This document shows positions 20,987 through 31,240 of a stretch of DNA of 64,000 nucleotides, piece after piece. The position numbers were made by a program, and so were the translations under genes. A model generated the notes under the pieces. The model ran no database searches. It saw only the letters and a program-made list of their open reading frames with translations, and was not told where the DNA came from. The stretch is taken from assembly GCA_038231275.1 (NCBI GenBank), contig JBBRLQ010000004.1, positions 64,001-128,000 on the forward strand, written 5' to 3'. How positions within the stretch are numbered: position 1 is the stretch's first letter; each line of letters opens with the position of its first letter. The stretch comes from Polyangiales bacterium (lineage in GTDB: Bacteria > Myxococcota_A > Polyangia > Polyangiales > Polyangiaceae).

Positions 20987-21640
20987 ATGGCGCACGCGAT
21001 CCGCTCGTTCTTCGGCGCCAGCCTCGGCGCCATGCTGCTCACGAGCCTGCCCGCGTGCGGAGGCGCGCCCAAGTCGGCCCTATCGAGGACATCCGCGCCG
21101 ACGAGCCGGGCCGCGCCGGAGGGGGCCACCTTCGACGTCACCGCGGACAAGGCCTTCGTCTGGAAGGGAGACGCGGGCTTGCGGCTCGAGATCGAGAACG
21201 TGAACGGGAGCATCGAGGCGACCTCCACTCAGGAGCGCGAGGTCGAGATCGTCGCGCGCCTTCGCGACGGCGATGGCCATGGCGCCGGCATCGTCATCAC
21301 GAAGGAATCGGACGGCCTGAAAGTCCGCGTCCGGCCGGCGCGCTCACACGCGCGCGAGTGGGAGGGCGAGTGGAAGGGGGAATGCGAGAGCGAGGATCGT
21401 CACAGCTCCGGCCGCGCGGGGACGGTGAACCTGATCGTCCGCGTTCCCGAAGGGCTCCCCCTCGCCCTTCGCACGGTCAACGGGCGCATCCACGTGCGAG
21501 GCATCGGCGGCCCTGTCGAGGCCGACGCGTCGAACGGGCAGGTGCTCCTCGAGGGTGTGCGAGACGCGCACGCCTCGACGGTCAACGGCCAGGTGCTGTC
21601 GCTCGGCCCTACGGCAACTCTCCGACGCCGAGGTAGGTGA
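20987..21640 (+). CDS. DUF4097-type lipoprotein, 217 aa, possibly C-terminally shortened
   Basis: Lipobox LPAC; ENVNGSI, VRVPEG, RTVNGRI, ASNGQV, STVNGQV repeats; ends overlapping the convergent gene by 32 nt. Confidence 0.75.
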   Translation: MAHAIRSFFGASLGAMLLTSLPACGGAPKSALSRTSAPTSRAAPEGATFDVTADKAFVWKGDAGLRLEIENVNGSIEATSTQEREVEIVARLRDGDGHGAGIVITKESDGLKVRVRPARSHAREWEGEWKGECESEDRHSSGRAGTVNLIVRVPEGLPLALRTVNGRIHVRGIGGPVEADASNGQVLLEGVRDAHASTVNGQVLSLGPTATLRRRGR

Positions 21641-22952
21641 GGCTCGACATCCCGGGCACCGGGTACGGTCCGCTGAAGACGCCGTTCGTGTAGTGCAACA
21701 CGCTCACGCCTGCGCCCTCTTGCGCGTAGGCAATGACCGCGTCGGCGCCGGCGCACTTGGCAGGCACGGCGACCGGCGTGGCCGCGAGGGTCGGGTTGGC
21801 GCCCGTGACGAGCTCGGCGGGCGGGCTCCACGGCGTCACCTTCGTCGGATCGAAAATCGAGTAGAAGCCCTGCTTGCTGACGGCGCGCCAGATCGCCATC
21901 GCCTTACCACCCGGCAGCGCGACTACGGTAGGCGTGTCGTTCGTCTGCGCGGTGTCGTTCACGAGCACCGATGTGTTCCACGTCTTGTTCGACGACTCGC
22001 GCGTCACCGAGTGGAGCGCCAGATCGCTCCCGGTAAAGACGGCCAGCAGGTCCTTGACGCCGCCGTTCATCGCCGTCATCGCGGGCGGGGCGGCGTAGGC
22101 CGTGCTCAGGATCTTGTTCGGCGCCGCGAAGCCCGAACCGGAGCTCAGCGCCCTGTTGAGCGAGCTGTCCGAGCCGGTGAACGCGTAGACGAGCGAGCTG
22201 CCGACCGAGGCGAGCGCAGGCGCGCTCTTGCCGGGGATCGCGCTGCCGCCCGTGGGCTCGGCGAGCGTGTTGGCGGCATCCCATCCGCCCGCGTAGGTGC
22301 CGGCGTAGAAGAGTCCGTCGAGGCCGAGGTAGACGACATGCGCCTGCGTGCCCGTCGCAGTGAGGCTCGGCGGACCGGACGTCGACTGGAAGCTGACCGG
22401 CGCCGACCACGTCACCTCGTACTTCGCGCCGACGAGGCTGCTCAGCTTGCCCATCCACACCGCGAGGAGGCTCGTTCCGACGACAGAGATCTGCGCGTTG
22501 CTGCGCATGCCGGGGCCGGTGCTCTTGCCGACCTCGAACGCGCCGCTGCCCCGGTAGATCGCCGCGTAGGTGTCGGAGGATTGATCGCTGCCGCCGAGGA
22601 GCGCGAGCTTGCCGGAGCACTTGGCGTCGAGCGGGAGCGCGCCGGTGTCGGGGACCGGACCGGAGTCGACCGGCGTGATGCCTCCGTCTTCGGGCGGCGG
22701 CGTCGTCCCCGAGTCGCCCTCGGGCGGGATCTCTTGGCCGTCGGGACAGGGCTGGCAGAGGTCGAAGGACTTGCCGTCAGCCTTGCAAAGCTTGGTGCCT
22801 TCGTCGCGGTTCGCGCAGCGGCAATAGACGTATGCGCCGGGCGTGCAGAGCTTGTCGTCGGCGGCCGGCTTCGCGGAGCAACCCCCGCCGAGCACGACCG
22901 AAATCAGCGATGCAGAAAGCATGGCCGCCGAAGCCCACAATCCTCTTCGCAT
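21609..22952 (-). CDS. Hypothetical lipoprotein with small Cys-rich N-domain and probable beta-propeller, 447 aa
   Basis: GGAGG RBS, signal ending GGGC, CTPG..YCRC...C...C..C domain, D/G/P linker, repeated P.L/M...W segments. Confidence 0.7.
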   Translation of the reverse strand: MRRGLWASAAMLSASLISVVLGGGCSAKPAADDKLCTPGAYVYCRCANRDEGTKLCKADGKSFDLCQPCPDGQEIPPEGDSGTTPPPEDGGITPVDSGPVPDTGALPLDAKCSGKLALLGGSDQSSDTYAAIYRGSGAFEVGKSTGPGMRSNAQISVVGTSLLAVWMGKLSSLVGAKYEVTWSAPVSFQSTSGPPSLTATGTQAHVVYLGLDGLFYAGTYAGGWDAANTLAEPTGGSAIPGKSAPALASVGSSLVYAFTGSDSSLNRALSSGSGFAAPNKILSTAYAAPPAMTAMNGGVKDLLAVFTGSDLALHSVTRESSNKTWNTSVLVNDTAQTNDTPTVVALPGGKAMAIWRAVSKQGFYSIFDPTKVTPWSPPAELVTGANPTLAATPVAVPAKCAGADAVIAYAQEGAGVSVLHYTNGVFSGPYPVPGMSSLTYLGVGELP

Positions 22953-23201
22953 GACGTCCTCCAAAGCTCAGCCGAAGTTGTGTGCCCTGATGTAGGAGCA
23001 CGACCTACCTTTAGCAACGATTGTGCCGTGATTTCACGGCCGCTCTGACTGGATAACTACTGGAGATGTGGACGGTTCGCCCCACCTTGACCCGCGACCT
23101 GGAGCGCCGCTCCCCCACCCGTCCGATCCACGAAAGAAGCCTCCTCGCGAGGGCTCGCGGGCGCTAGTCGCCGCTCGCGAGAGCGACTAGAACAGCGCCC
23201 G

Positions 23202-25850
23202 ATGTCGACGCCGAATCCGCCGAACACCCCGCCGACCAGCGGCCACAACCAGAAGGTGCCCGTCTCGATCCAGGACGAGATGAGGACGAGCTACCTCGAC
23301 TACGCGATGAGCGTCATCATCGGGCGCGCCATCCCCGACGTGCGCGACGGGCTGAAGCCCGTTCACCGGCGCATCCTCTACTCGGCGTACGAGCTCGGTC
23401 TCGTCCCCGGCGGCGCACACCGCAAGAGCGCCACGATCGTCGGCGACGTGCTCGGCAAGTACCACCCGCACGGCGACGCAAGCGTATACGACGCGATGGT
23501 CCGCCTCGCGCAAGACTTCTCGATGCGCTACCCGCTCATCGACGGCCAAGGGAACTTCGGCTCGGTCGACGGCGATCCGGCGGCCGCGTACCGCTACACC
23601 GAGGCACGCCTCTCGCGCATGGCGATCGAGCTCCTCACGGATCTCGACAAGGAGTGCGTCGACACCCAGGCCAACTTCGACGACCGGCTGCAAGAGCCGA
23701 TGGTCCTTCCGGCGAAGTATCCGAACCTGCTCGTCAACGGCTCGGGCGGCATCGCGGTCGGCATGGCGACGAACATCCCGCCGCACAACTTGGGCGAGGT
23801 CATCGAAGCCACGGTGCACCTGATCCGAAATCCGGACTGCACGATCGACGACGTGATGCGCCTCATCCCGGGCCCGGATTTCCCGACCGCCGCCCTCCTC
23901 TTCGGGCGCAGCGGCATCGAGGCCGCGCAGCGAACAGGACGCGGCACGCTCATCATGCGCGCGCGCATCGACGTCGAGAAGATCCCCGGCAAGGGCGAGC
24001 GCGAGCAGCTCGTCGTGACCGAGATCCCGTACCAGGTGAACAAGGCGCGCGTGCACGCCAAGCTCGGCGAGCTCATGCGCGAGAAGAAGATCGAGGGCAT
24101 CAGCGAGGTCCGCGACGAGAGCGATCGCGACGGCATGCGCCTCGTCATCGAGATGAAGAAGGACGCGATCCCGCAGGTGGTCGTGAACCAGCTCTATCGA
24201 ATGACCGATCTGCAGTCGACGTTCGGTGTCATCAACCTCGCCATCGTCCACGGCCGCCCGCAGGTGTTGAACCTCCGCGAGACGTTGTCGTGCTTCGTCG
24301 AGCACCGGCGCGACGTCGTCTCGCGCCGCACGCGCTTCGAGCTCCGCCAGGCCGAAGCGCAGCGCGAGATCATCGAAGGCCTCGGCATGGCCACGACCGA
24401 GGTCGATCTCGTCGTGAAGACGATCCGCTCGTCGCGCGACTCCGATGAAGCCAAGACCGCGCTCATGGCGCTACCGCTGAAAGGCCTCGAAGCGTTCCTC
24501 GTCCGCGCGGGCCGTCCTGTGTCCGAGATCGAAGAGGGCAAAAAGCGGGGCGACTACTTCCTCTCCGAGCGCCAGGCCAAGGCCATCCTCGAGATGCGTC
24601 TGTCGCGCCTCACCGGCCTCGAGCAGGAGAAGCTCGCGAAGGAGTACGGCGAGCTGTCGGACGAGATCGCTCGGTTGCGTGCGATCTTGGCCGACGTGAA
24701 GCTCCTCATGAACGTCATCATCATGGAGCTCGAGGAGATCAAGCAGAAGTACGCCGACAAGCGCCGCACCGAGATCGTGGCCAACGAGGCGGAGATCACC
24801 GACGAGGACCTCATCCAAGAAGAGGACATGATCGTCACGATCTCGCACGCCGGCTACATCAAGCGGACGAGCCCCGGCCAGTACCGCGCGCAGAAGCGCG
24901 GCGGGCGCGGGAAGATCGGCATGGAAGCGCGCGAAGAGGACTGGGTGACGCAGCTCTTCGTCGCCAGCACGCACGCGTACGTCTTCATCTTCAGCGACAA
25001 GGGGAAGGTGTACGTCAAGAAGGTGTACGAGGTGCCGCTGGCGCCGCGCACCGCGAAGGGGCGCGCGATCGTGAACCTCGTCGGCATGGAGCCGGGCGAG
25101 AAGGTCGCCGCGATCGTCGCGGTGCCGAAGATCGCCCCCGATCAGTACGTCGTCACGCTCACGCGGCGCGGACAGATCAAGAAGACCGAGGTCACCGACT
25201 ACGAGAACTTCCGCGAGAAGGGCATCATCGGCGTCAAGGTCGAGGAAAACGATCAGCTCCTCGCCGCCGTGCTCACCGACGGACAGCGCGAGTTCATCAT
25301 CGCCACCAAGATGGGGATGAGCATCCGCTTCAAGGAGGACCAGGTCCGCGTCATGGGGCGCGCCACGATGGGCGTGAAGGCCATCGAGGTCGGCGACGAC
25401 GACGCGGTCGTGGGTCTCGCGGTGACCGATCCGGAGCGCGCGCACGTCCTCGCGGTGTGCGAGAAGGGCTACGGCAAGCGAACCCACATCGACGAGTTCC
25501 GCGCGCAGAACCGCGGCGGCAAGGGCATCATCCTCATCGACGCGAGCGAGCGGAACGGACCCGTCGTGGACGTGCGCCTCGTGAAGGACGGCGACGAGGT
25601 CATGCTCATCACCGATCGCGGCCAGACGCTACGCACGCGCGTGGACGAGATCCGCGAGACGGGCCGCAACGCGCAGGGCGTGAAGCTCATGACGATCGAG
25701 GGCGAGGAGCGCATCGTTGCGCTCGAGCGCCTCGCCGAGACCGTCGAGGACGACGTTGCAGGCGGCGGCGGGACCGGCGAGTCGGTGCCGCCCGAGGGAG
25801 GCTCGATCCCCCCGCAGAGCATTCCGCCCGAGCCCGGCGATTTGAACTGA
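23202..25850 (+). CDS. gyrA: DNA gyrase subunit A, 882 aa
   Basis: [32 protein letters not shown], GyrA box QKRGGRG, blade motif QNRGGKG, acidic tail. Confidence 0.95.
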   Translation: MSTPNPPNTPPTSGHNQKVPVSIQDEMRTSYLDYAMSVIIGRAIPDVRDGLKPVHRRILYSAYELGLVPGGAHRKSATIVGDVLGKYHPHGDASVYDAMVRLAQDFSMRYPLIDGQGNFGSVDGDPAAAYRYTEARLSRMAIELLTDLDKECVDTQANFDDRLQEPMVLPAKYPNLLVNGSGGIAVGMATNIPPHNLGEVIEATVHLIRNPDCTIDDVMRLIPGPDFPTAALLFGRSGIEAAQRTGRGTLIMRARIDVEKIPGKGEREQLVVTEIPYQVNKARVHAKLGELMREKKIEGISEVRDESDRDGMRLVIEMKKDAIPQVVVNQLYRMTDLQSTFGVINLAIVHGRPQVLNLRETLSCFVEHRRDVVSRRTRFELRQAEAQREIIEGLGMATTEVDLVVKTIRSSRDSDEAKTALMALPLKGLEAFLVRAGRPVSEIEEGKKRGDYFLSERQAKAILEMRLSRLTGLEQEKLAKEYGELSDEIARLRAILADVKLLMNVIIMELEEIKQKYADKRRTEIVANEAEITDEDLIQEEDMIVTISHAGYIKRTSPGQYRAQKRGGRGKIGMEAREEDWVTQLFVASTHAYVFIFSDKGKVYVKKVYEVPLAPRTAKGRAIVNLVGMEPGEKVAAIVAVPKIAPDQYVVTLTRRGQIKKTEVTDYENFREKGIIGVKVEENDQLLAAVLTDGQREFIIATKMGMSIRFKEDQVRVMGRATMGVKAIEVGDDDAVVGLAVTDPERAHVLAVCEKGYGKRTHIDEFRAQNRGGKGIILIDASERNGPVVDVRLVKDGDEVMLITDRGQTLRTRVDEIRETGRNAQGVKLMTIEGEERIVALERLAETVEDDVAGGGGTGESVPPEGGSIPPQSIPPEPGDLN

Positions 25851-25853
25851 GCG

Positions 25854-26552
25854 ATGCCGCGCTGGAAGAAGCCCGAGCCGGCGGCGGTGCGGACCACCTT
25901 CGCCGGCCTGCGCAAGCTCCACCCCGACGCGCACTGCGAGCTCGATCACGCGACGCCGTTCCAGCTCCTCGTCGCGACGGTGCTGAGCGCGCAGACGACC
26001 GACGTGGCGGTCAACAAGGTCACCCCTGCCCTGTTCGCCAAGTACCCGACGGCCGAAGCGCTCGCCGCCGGGACGCCCGAAGACGTGCAGCCGCTCCTGT
26101 CGTCGATCGGGATGTTTCGGCAGAAGACGAAGAACGTCCTGGGCCTGTCGCGCCTCCTCGTGGAGAAGCACCGAGGAGAGGTCCCGCGCACGCTGGCGGA
26201 GCTCGTCGAGCTGCCTGGCGTCGGCCGCAAGACGGCGAACGTGGTGCTCGGCGTCGCGTTCGGGACCCCCGAGGGGGTCGTCGTCTACACGCACGTCATG
26301 CGGATCTCGCAGCGCCTCGGCTGGACGAAGAACGACGACGCGGAGTCCATCGAGAAGGATCTCTGCGCGCTCCTTCCGCGCGATGACTGGGACGCCGTGA
26401 GCCACACGCTCATCTTCCATGGCCGGCGGATCTGCTTCGCGCGAAAGCCCAATTGCGACGGCTGCGGTGCGCGGCGCCGCTGCCCGAGCGCGGGAAACGC
26501 CGAGAACGTCGGGCGAAAACCGCCGCGCGCCCGGCGGCTGAACCGCGCCTAA
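25854..26552 (+). CDS. nth: Endonuclease III (HhH-GPD, 4Fe-4S); catalytic Asp appears as Tyr
   Basis: LLVATVLSAQTTD, HhH LPGVGRKTANVV, VYTHV (canonical VDTHV), C-X6-C-X2-C-X5-C cluster. Confidence 0.92.
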   Translation: MPRWKKPEPAAVRTTFAGLRKLHPDAHCELDHATPFQLLVATVLSAQTTDVAVNKVTPALFAKYPTAEALAAGTPEDVQPLLSSIGMFRQKTKNVLGLSRLLVEKHRGEVPRTLAELVELPGVGRKTANVVLGVAFGTPEGVVVYTHVMRISQRLGWTKNDDAESIEKDLCALLPRDDWDAVSHTLIFHGRRICFARKPNCDGCGARRRCPSAGNAENVGRKPPRARRLNRA

Positions 26553-27568
26553 CCGCGGCCGCGGAAGCGCGCGACGAGCTGCTCGCTCGCCGTGTACGGG
26601 TCCACGCGCTTCTCGGCGACGTCTCGGACCGCGGCACGCATCTCCTCTCGAAGGTCGTGGGCGGCGGCGTCGATCAAAGCCTCGCGCAGCGACTCGCGGA
26701 TCTCCTCGCCGAGACGCTCGGTGCGGCGCGCGCGGCCGGCGTCGGTGCCGGCGAGCCAAGCGTGATGCGCGCCCAAGCCGACGACGAGCTCCTTGACCCC
26801 TTCGCCGCGCGTCGCGACGCAGCGAAAGATGGGCGGCGTCCACGTCGCGCCGTCATTGGCGGTGCTCCCGAGGCCGGCGGTCTCGCCGTGGACCACATGG
26901 CCCTTGGCCTTGCCCATCTTGATCATCGTGTCCTTGCCGAGCGCGATCATGAGCTCGACGTCCCGGACCGTGGCGTCGGCGCCGTCGCGATCGGCCTTGT
27001 TGACGGCGAACACGTCGGCGCTCTCCATGATGCCGGCCTTGAGCGCCTGGACGTCGTCTCCCATGCCGGGGGCCATGACGACGAGCGTGGTGTGGGCCGT
27101 GCGCGTGATCTCGAGCTCGTCCTGGCCGACGCCGACGGTCTCGACGATCACGACGTCGGCGCCCCACGCATCCATGACCCGAACCATGTCGCGCGCAGAG
27201 CGCGAGAGCCCGCCCATGTGCCCGCGCGTCGCGACGGAGCGGATGAAGACGCGCGGATCGGTGGCGTGGCGCTGCATGCGGATGCGATCGCCCAAGATGG
27301 CGCCGCCCGAGTAGGGGCTGGAAGGATCGACCGCGATGACCGCCACCTTGGCGTCGGTCGCGCGGTACTCCTGGATGAGGCGATCGGTCAGCGTGGATTT
27401 TCCCGCGCCCGGATTGCCGGTGACGCCGACGACGAACGCGCGGCCGGTGCTCGGGAACAGCGCTTTCAGCGCCTCCGCGTAGCCGGGCAGCCGATCGTCG
27501 ACGACGCGCAGGACCCGGGCGCAGGCCCTCGCGTCCCCCTCGAGGACGCGCTTCGCGAGCTCCATCAT
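26549..27568 (-). CDS. meaB: Methylmalonyl-CoA mutase-associated GTPase MeaB/ArgK, 339 aa
   Basis: GNPGAGKST, VDPSSPYSGGAILGDRIRM, ETVGVGQ, VNKAD. Confidence 0.93.
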   Translation of the reverse strand: MMELAKRVLEGDARACARVLRVVDDRLPGYAEALKALFPSTGRAFVVGVTGNPGAGKSTLTDRLIQEYRATDAKVAVIAVDPSSPYSGGAILGDRIRMQRHATDPRVFIRSVATRGHMGGLSRSARDMVRVMDAWGADVVIVETVGVGQDELEITRTAHTTLVVMAPGMGDDVQALKAGIMESADVFAVNKADRDGADATVRDVELMIALGKDTMIKMGKAKGHVVHGETAGLGSTANDGATWTPPIFRCVATRGEGVKELVVGLGAHHAWLAGTDAGRARRTERLGEEIRESLREALIDAAAHDLREEMRAAVRDVAEKRVDPYTASEQLVARFRGRG

Positions 27569-28899
27569 TTGATGGCCGCGATCTTCTTCCCGACGGCGGC
27601 GGCGTCAACCGGTCCTTTGGACTTGAGGGCCTCCTGGTACGCTTTCTTCGCGTCGGCGGGCTGTCCGTCGGCAGAGAGCGCGTCGCCGTACGCGACCCAC
27701 GCGGGGCCCCACGTCGGGAAATCCTGGGTCGCCTTCATCCCGAACGCGCGCGCGCTCGTGAAGCGACCGGCCTTCTTGCACTCTTCGGCGGCGCGGACCA
27801 GCGGCGTGGGGTCGGAGTTGTCGAGCCCGTGCGCGGCTTGGTAGGCCTCGAGCGCCAGATCGATCTCGCCCTTCTTCGCCTCGGCGTCGCCGATGAGGAG
27901 CTTGGCGGGCGCCGAGTTCGACACGATATGGAGGGCCGCTTCGCCGGCGCGCACCGCGAGATCGGGCTGATTCTCTGCGAGCACGATGCGCCCGAACGTG
28001 ATGTGCGGTCCGGCGTCGTTCGGATCGCTGCGGATCGCGGCCTCGGCGGCGTGCCGAGCATCGCCGAGGTGCCCGCGCGCGAGCTCGATCTCGGCGAGCT
28101 TCGCCTCGGCTGCTGCGTAGCCGACGCGCTCTTTGGCGGCGTTCGCGAGAAGATGCACGGCCTCATCGGTCGCGCCGAGCGACGCGCCGAGCTCGAAGGA
28201 CGCCTCGGGGCTCGTCGGATCGAGCCGCACCGCCTCGCGCAGGGCGCGCACGGCCCCGTCGCGGTCACCCTCGCCGTTCAGCATGTGGCCGAGGCCCAGG
28301 TGCGCCTCCGCGCGATCCGCCTTCCACGCGATCGCCTCTTTGTAGAGCGCCTCGGCGTCCTTGAGCTTTCCTTCGAGCTCGCGCGCGCTCGCCTCGGCCA
28401 CCTTGGCCTCGTACGCGCCCCGCGATCCGCCGTGCTTGTCCGCGTCGCCCGCCAATGCGAGGACCGTCTCCACGAGCGCCTCGCTCGCGCGCCGCCACGA
28501 CAAGTGCGCCTCTGCCGCGCATGCGTGGCCCGGACGCGCGCCGCCGGGGAGCGCGCCGATCACTTTGCACTGAACCATCGCCGGGCCGAAATCGCCGCGC
28601 GCCAGGAGCGTCCGCGCGAGCTCCCAGTGCAAATCGATCCCGAGGCTCTGTCCGGGCACCGCGCGCGTCTGGTTGACGCCACGCCGGAGCTCCTCGAGCG
28701 CCTCCTTCGTCTTGCCGGCCCGACGAAATGCGCGACCGAGCGCGAGCGACGAGGCGCCGTCAGCGGGCTGCGCCTTGGCGGCGGCCTTGAGCGCGTCGAG
28801 CTGCGAGAGCTGGGCGCGCGCGCGGCGCGGCACGAGGGTCGCCTGGGTCGCCACGAGCAGCGCGAGCGCCGCCATCCACGGGAAACGTGTAGAGCGCAT
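27565..28899 (-). CDS. Exported TPR repeat protein, 444 aa
   Basis: Signal peptide ending ARA-Q; multiple TPR-like helices (AHLGLG..L...G...A...L.EA..LDP). Confidence 0.8.
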   Translation of the reverse strand: MRSTRFPWMAALALLVATQATLVPRRARAQLSQLDALKAAAKAQPADGASSLALGRAFRRAGKTKEALEELRRGVNQTRAVPGQSLGIDLHWELARTLLARGDFGPAMVQCKVIGALPGGARPGHACAAEAHLSWRRASEALVETVLALAGDADKHGGSRGAYEAKVAEASARELEGKLKDAEALYKEAIAWKADRAEAHLGLGHMLNGEGDRDGAVRALREAVRLDPTSPEASFELGASLGATDEAVHLLANAAKERVGYAAAEAKLAEIELARGHLGDARHAAEAAIRSDPNDAGPHITFGRIVLAENQPDLAVRAGEAALHIVSNSAPAKLLIGDAEAKKGEIDLALEAYQAAHGLDNSDPTPLVRAAEECKKAGRFTSARAFGMKATQDFPTWGPAWVAYGDALSADGQPADAKKAYQEALKSKGPVDAAAVGKKIAAIK

Positions 28900-28907
28900 G
28901 GTTCTCT

Positions 28908-30005
28908 CTACGGTTTTTCTAGCACACCCGCGGCGCGAAGCCTCGCCGCCGCCCACGCCGCCGCCTCCCTGACGACGGCGGACGGGTGGTGCAGGGAGGC
29001 CTCGTCGAGGCAAGGCAGCGCCGCAGGATCCCCCTTGTTTCCGAGCACGATCGCGGCGTTTCGCGCTAGGCCGTCGGCGGTCGCCCGGTGCACGGGGCTC
29101 CCTTCCGAGACGCGTGCCCACGCCTCGTCACCAGGAACGAGCGCGTCGGTGAGGCGGAGCGTCGACCACCGCGGGTGAGGCGCGAATCGCTCACTCGACG
29201 TTCGATCGGTCTGGTTGAACGGGCAGACGGTCTGGCAGTCGTCGCAGCCGAAGAGGTGCTCGCCGACGCCCTCGCGCAGGTCCTCCGGGATCGGCCCGCG
29301 CTGCTCGATCGTCAGGTAGGAGACGCATCGCCGCGCGTCGAGGACGAAGGGACGCACGAACGCGCCCGTGGGACACGCGTCGAGGCACCTCGTGCACGCG
29401 CCGCAGCGCTCGGCGATCGGGGTGTCGGGCGTGAGGGCCAGGGTGGTGACCACCTCGCCGAGCAGGAGCAACGAGCCCTGGCCGGGCACGATGAGCAGGC
29501 CGTTTTTTCCGACGAACCCCAGTCCCGCGCGCGCCGCCCACGCGCGCTCCAGGATCGGCGCGTCGTCGACGAGGGGCCGAGCCTGGACCGGTGCGTCCTC
29601 CGTGCCGAGGCGACGAACGAAGGCCGCGAGCTGGCGGAGCTTCTTGCGGAGGCCGTTGTGGTAATCGCGGCCGCGTGCGTAGCGCGCGATCGTGCGCGCC
29701 ATCTCCGGATCGGCGGCCTCGTCGGCGCGAGACCGTGAATAGCGGCGCGCGACGCAGACGACGCTGCGCGCGCCCTCGAGGATGTCCGCGGTGTCGACGC
29801 GGCGGCGCGCGGGCCCGTCGGCCGCGAGCCACGACATGTCACCGTGCATCCCCTCCGCGACGAAGGCCTCGTAGCGGGCGAAGTCGTCGCCCAGCGGCTC
29901 GTCGGCGCGGGCCACGCCCACCGCGTCGAATCCGTAGGCGAGCGCCGCCTCGCGCACGCGCGCGTCGAGGCTCCCCGGCGGCCAAGATTTGGATTTTACG
30001 CTCAT
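28908..30005 (-). CDS. queG: Epoxyqueuosine reductase QueG, 365 aa
   Basis: YARGRDYH, ERAWAARAGLGFVGKN, two Fe-S motifs CGACTRCLDACPTGA and GCDDCQTVCP, C-terminal HEAT-like region. Confidence 0.93.
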   Translation of the reverse strand: MSVKSKSWPPGSLDARVREAALAYGFDAVGVARADEPLGDDFARYEAFVAEGMHGDMSWLAADGPARRRVDTADILEGARSVVCVARRYSRSRADEAADPEMARTIARYARGRDYHNGLRKKLRQLAAFVRRLGTEDAPVQARPLVDDAPILERAWAARAGLGFVGKNGLLIVPGQGSLLLLGEVVTTLALTPDTPIAERCGACTRCLDACPTGAFVRPFVLDARRCVSYLTIEQRGPIPEDLREGVGEHLFGCDDCQTVCPFNQTDRTSSERFAPHPRWSTLRLTDALVPGDEAWARVSEGSPVHRATADGLARNAAIVLGNKGDPAALPCLDEASLHHPSAVVREAAAWAAARLRAAGVLEKP

Positions 30006-30097
30006 TTCGGGGTGAACGAGGCCGGCGTCCTTTGTAGCGGCTTTGAGACGCGGACCGCGGGGCTCCGCCGTCTCGTTTGAGCTAGTGTACCGCGCCC

Positions 30098-31240
30098 ATG
30101 AAGACCTTGGCCTTCTCGACCCTCGCGCGCTCCTCCTTCTTCTTGTTCTCGCTCTCCGCGGCCTCCAGCAGCTGCAGCAGCACGAAGCCGAGCGTCGCGG
30201 CCGGGGACGGCGGGGCGAGCGTCACGTGCGCGGCGCCCCCCGCGCTCACGCAGGCGGAGTTCTGCAGCACCTGCTCGTTCTCGAGCGGCGCGAACCCTGC
30301 CACCTGCAAGGACAACCGCCCCGTCAACGCGTGCTGCTCGTGGGTGCAGGCGCCGAAGCAAGAGGCGCAGCGCGGCGTGGGCCTGCACTACTTCGGCGCC
30401 ACCGACGGCGCGACGACGCCGAACCTCGACTGCCTCACGAACCCGGTCGCCCTTGGGACCTCGAAGCTCGTCAAGCTCACCGGCTTCGTGAAGCTCTTCT
30501 CCAGCGGCAACGACTCGGCGGGCGTGAAGGTCGAGATCTTCAAGGAAGGCGCGAACGGCGCCCTCGGCGACGCGGTCGGCACGGCGTACGTGACGTCGAG
30601 CGACGACGCGAAGGATCCGCCGCAGATGCCGCTCCCGACCTGGTCGAGCAAGTGCCCGACCGACGGCTGCAAGCTCCGCTCGTACACCTACGACGGCGTC
30701 CCCACCGAGACGCCCCTCATCGTGAAGACGAGCGATGCAACCGCCACGGGCACGACCTGGAGCGAACTCTACGACTACAACATCTACATCGCCAACTCGA
30801 TCGTCGACGGCTCCGGCGTCGCGCAGTACGACCCGTCGGCGGTCGCGGCCCCCGACGTGAACACCGTCGCGTCGGCGGCAGGCGGCTTCACCGTCAAGCC
30901 CGACAAGGGCGTCCTCGCCGGCGAGGTCCACGACTGCGGGGACGTCCGCCTGTCCGGCGCGATGGTCGACACCGATCTGCCGCACGAAGGCGAGATGTTC
31001 TACTTCAACGACGTCGAGGCGAACCCGCTCCCCGACAAGACGCGCGCGCCGCAGGGCCTCGGCACCAGCAAGCTCGGCCTCTTCGGCGCGCTCAACATCG
31101 AGACCGGCAAGCCGATGCGCATCAGCGCGGTCGTGAAGAGCGGCGGCAAGGATCTTCTCCTCGGCACGTACACCGTGCAGCTCTTCCCCGGCGCGATCAC
31201 CGCGCTGTCCTTCCGCGGGCGCCGCCCGTGGCAGAAGTAG
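30098..31240 (+). CDS. Hypothetical exported/lipoprotein, 380 aa
   Basis: Signal-like N-terminus with SSSC, several Cys, beta-rich body, strong GC3 bias. Confidence 0.7.
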   Translation: MKTLAFSTLARSSFFLFSLSAASSSCSSTKPSVAAGDGGASVTCAAPPALTQAEFCSTCSFSSGANPATCKDNRPVNACCSWVQAPKQEAQRGVGLHYFGATDGATTPNLDCLTNPVALGTSKLVKLTGFVKLFSSGNDSAGVKVEIFKEGANGALGDAVGTAYVTSSDDAKDPPQMPLPTWSSKCPTDGCKLRSYTYDGVPTETPLIVKTSDATATGTTWSELYDYNIYIANSIVDGSGVAQYDPSAVAAPDVNTVASAAGGFTVKPDKGVLAGEVHDCGDVRLSGAMVDTDLPHEGEMFYFNDVEANPLPDKTRAPQGLGTSKLGLFGALNIETGKPMRISAVVKSGGKDLLLGTYTVQLFPGAITALSFRGRRPWQK

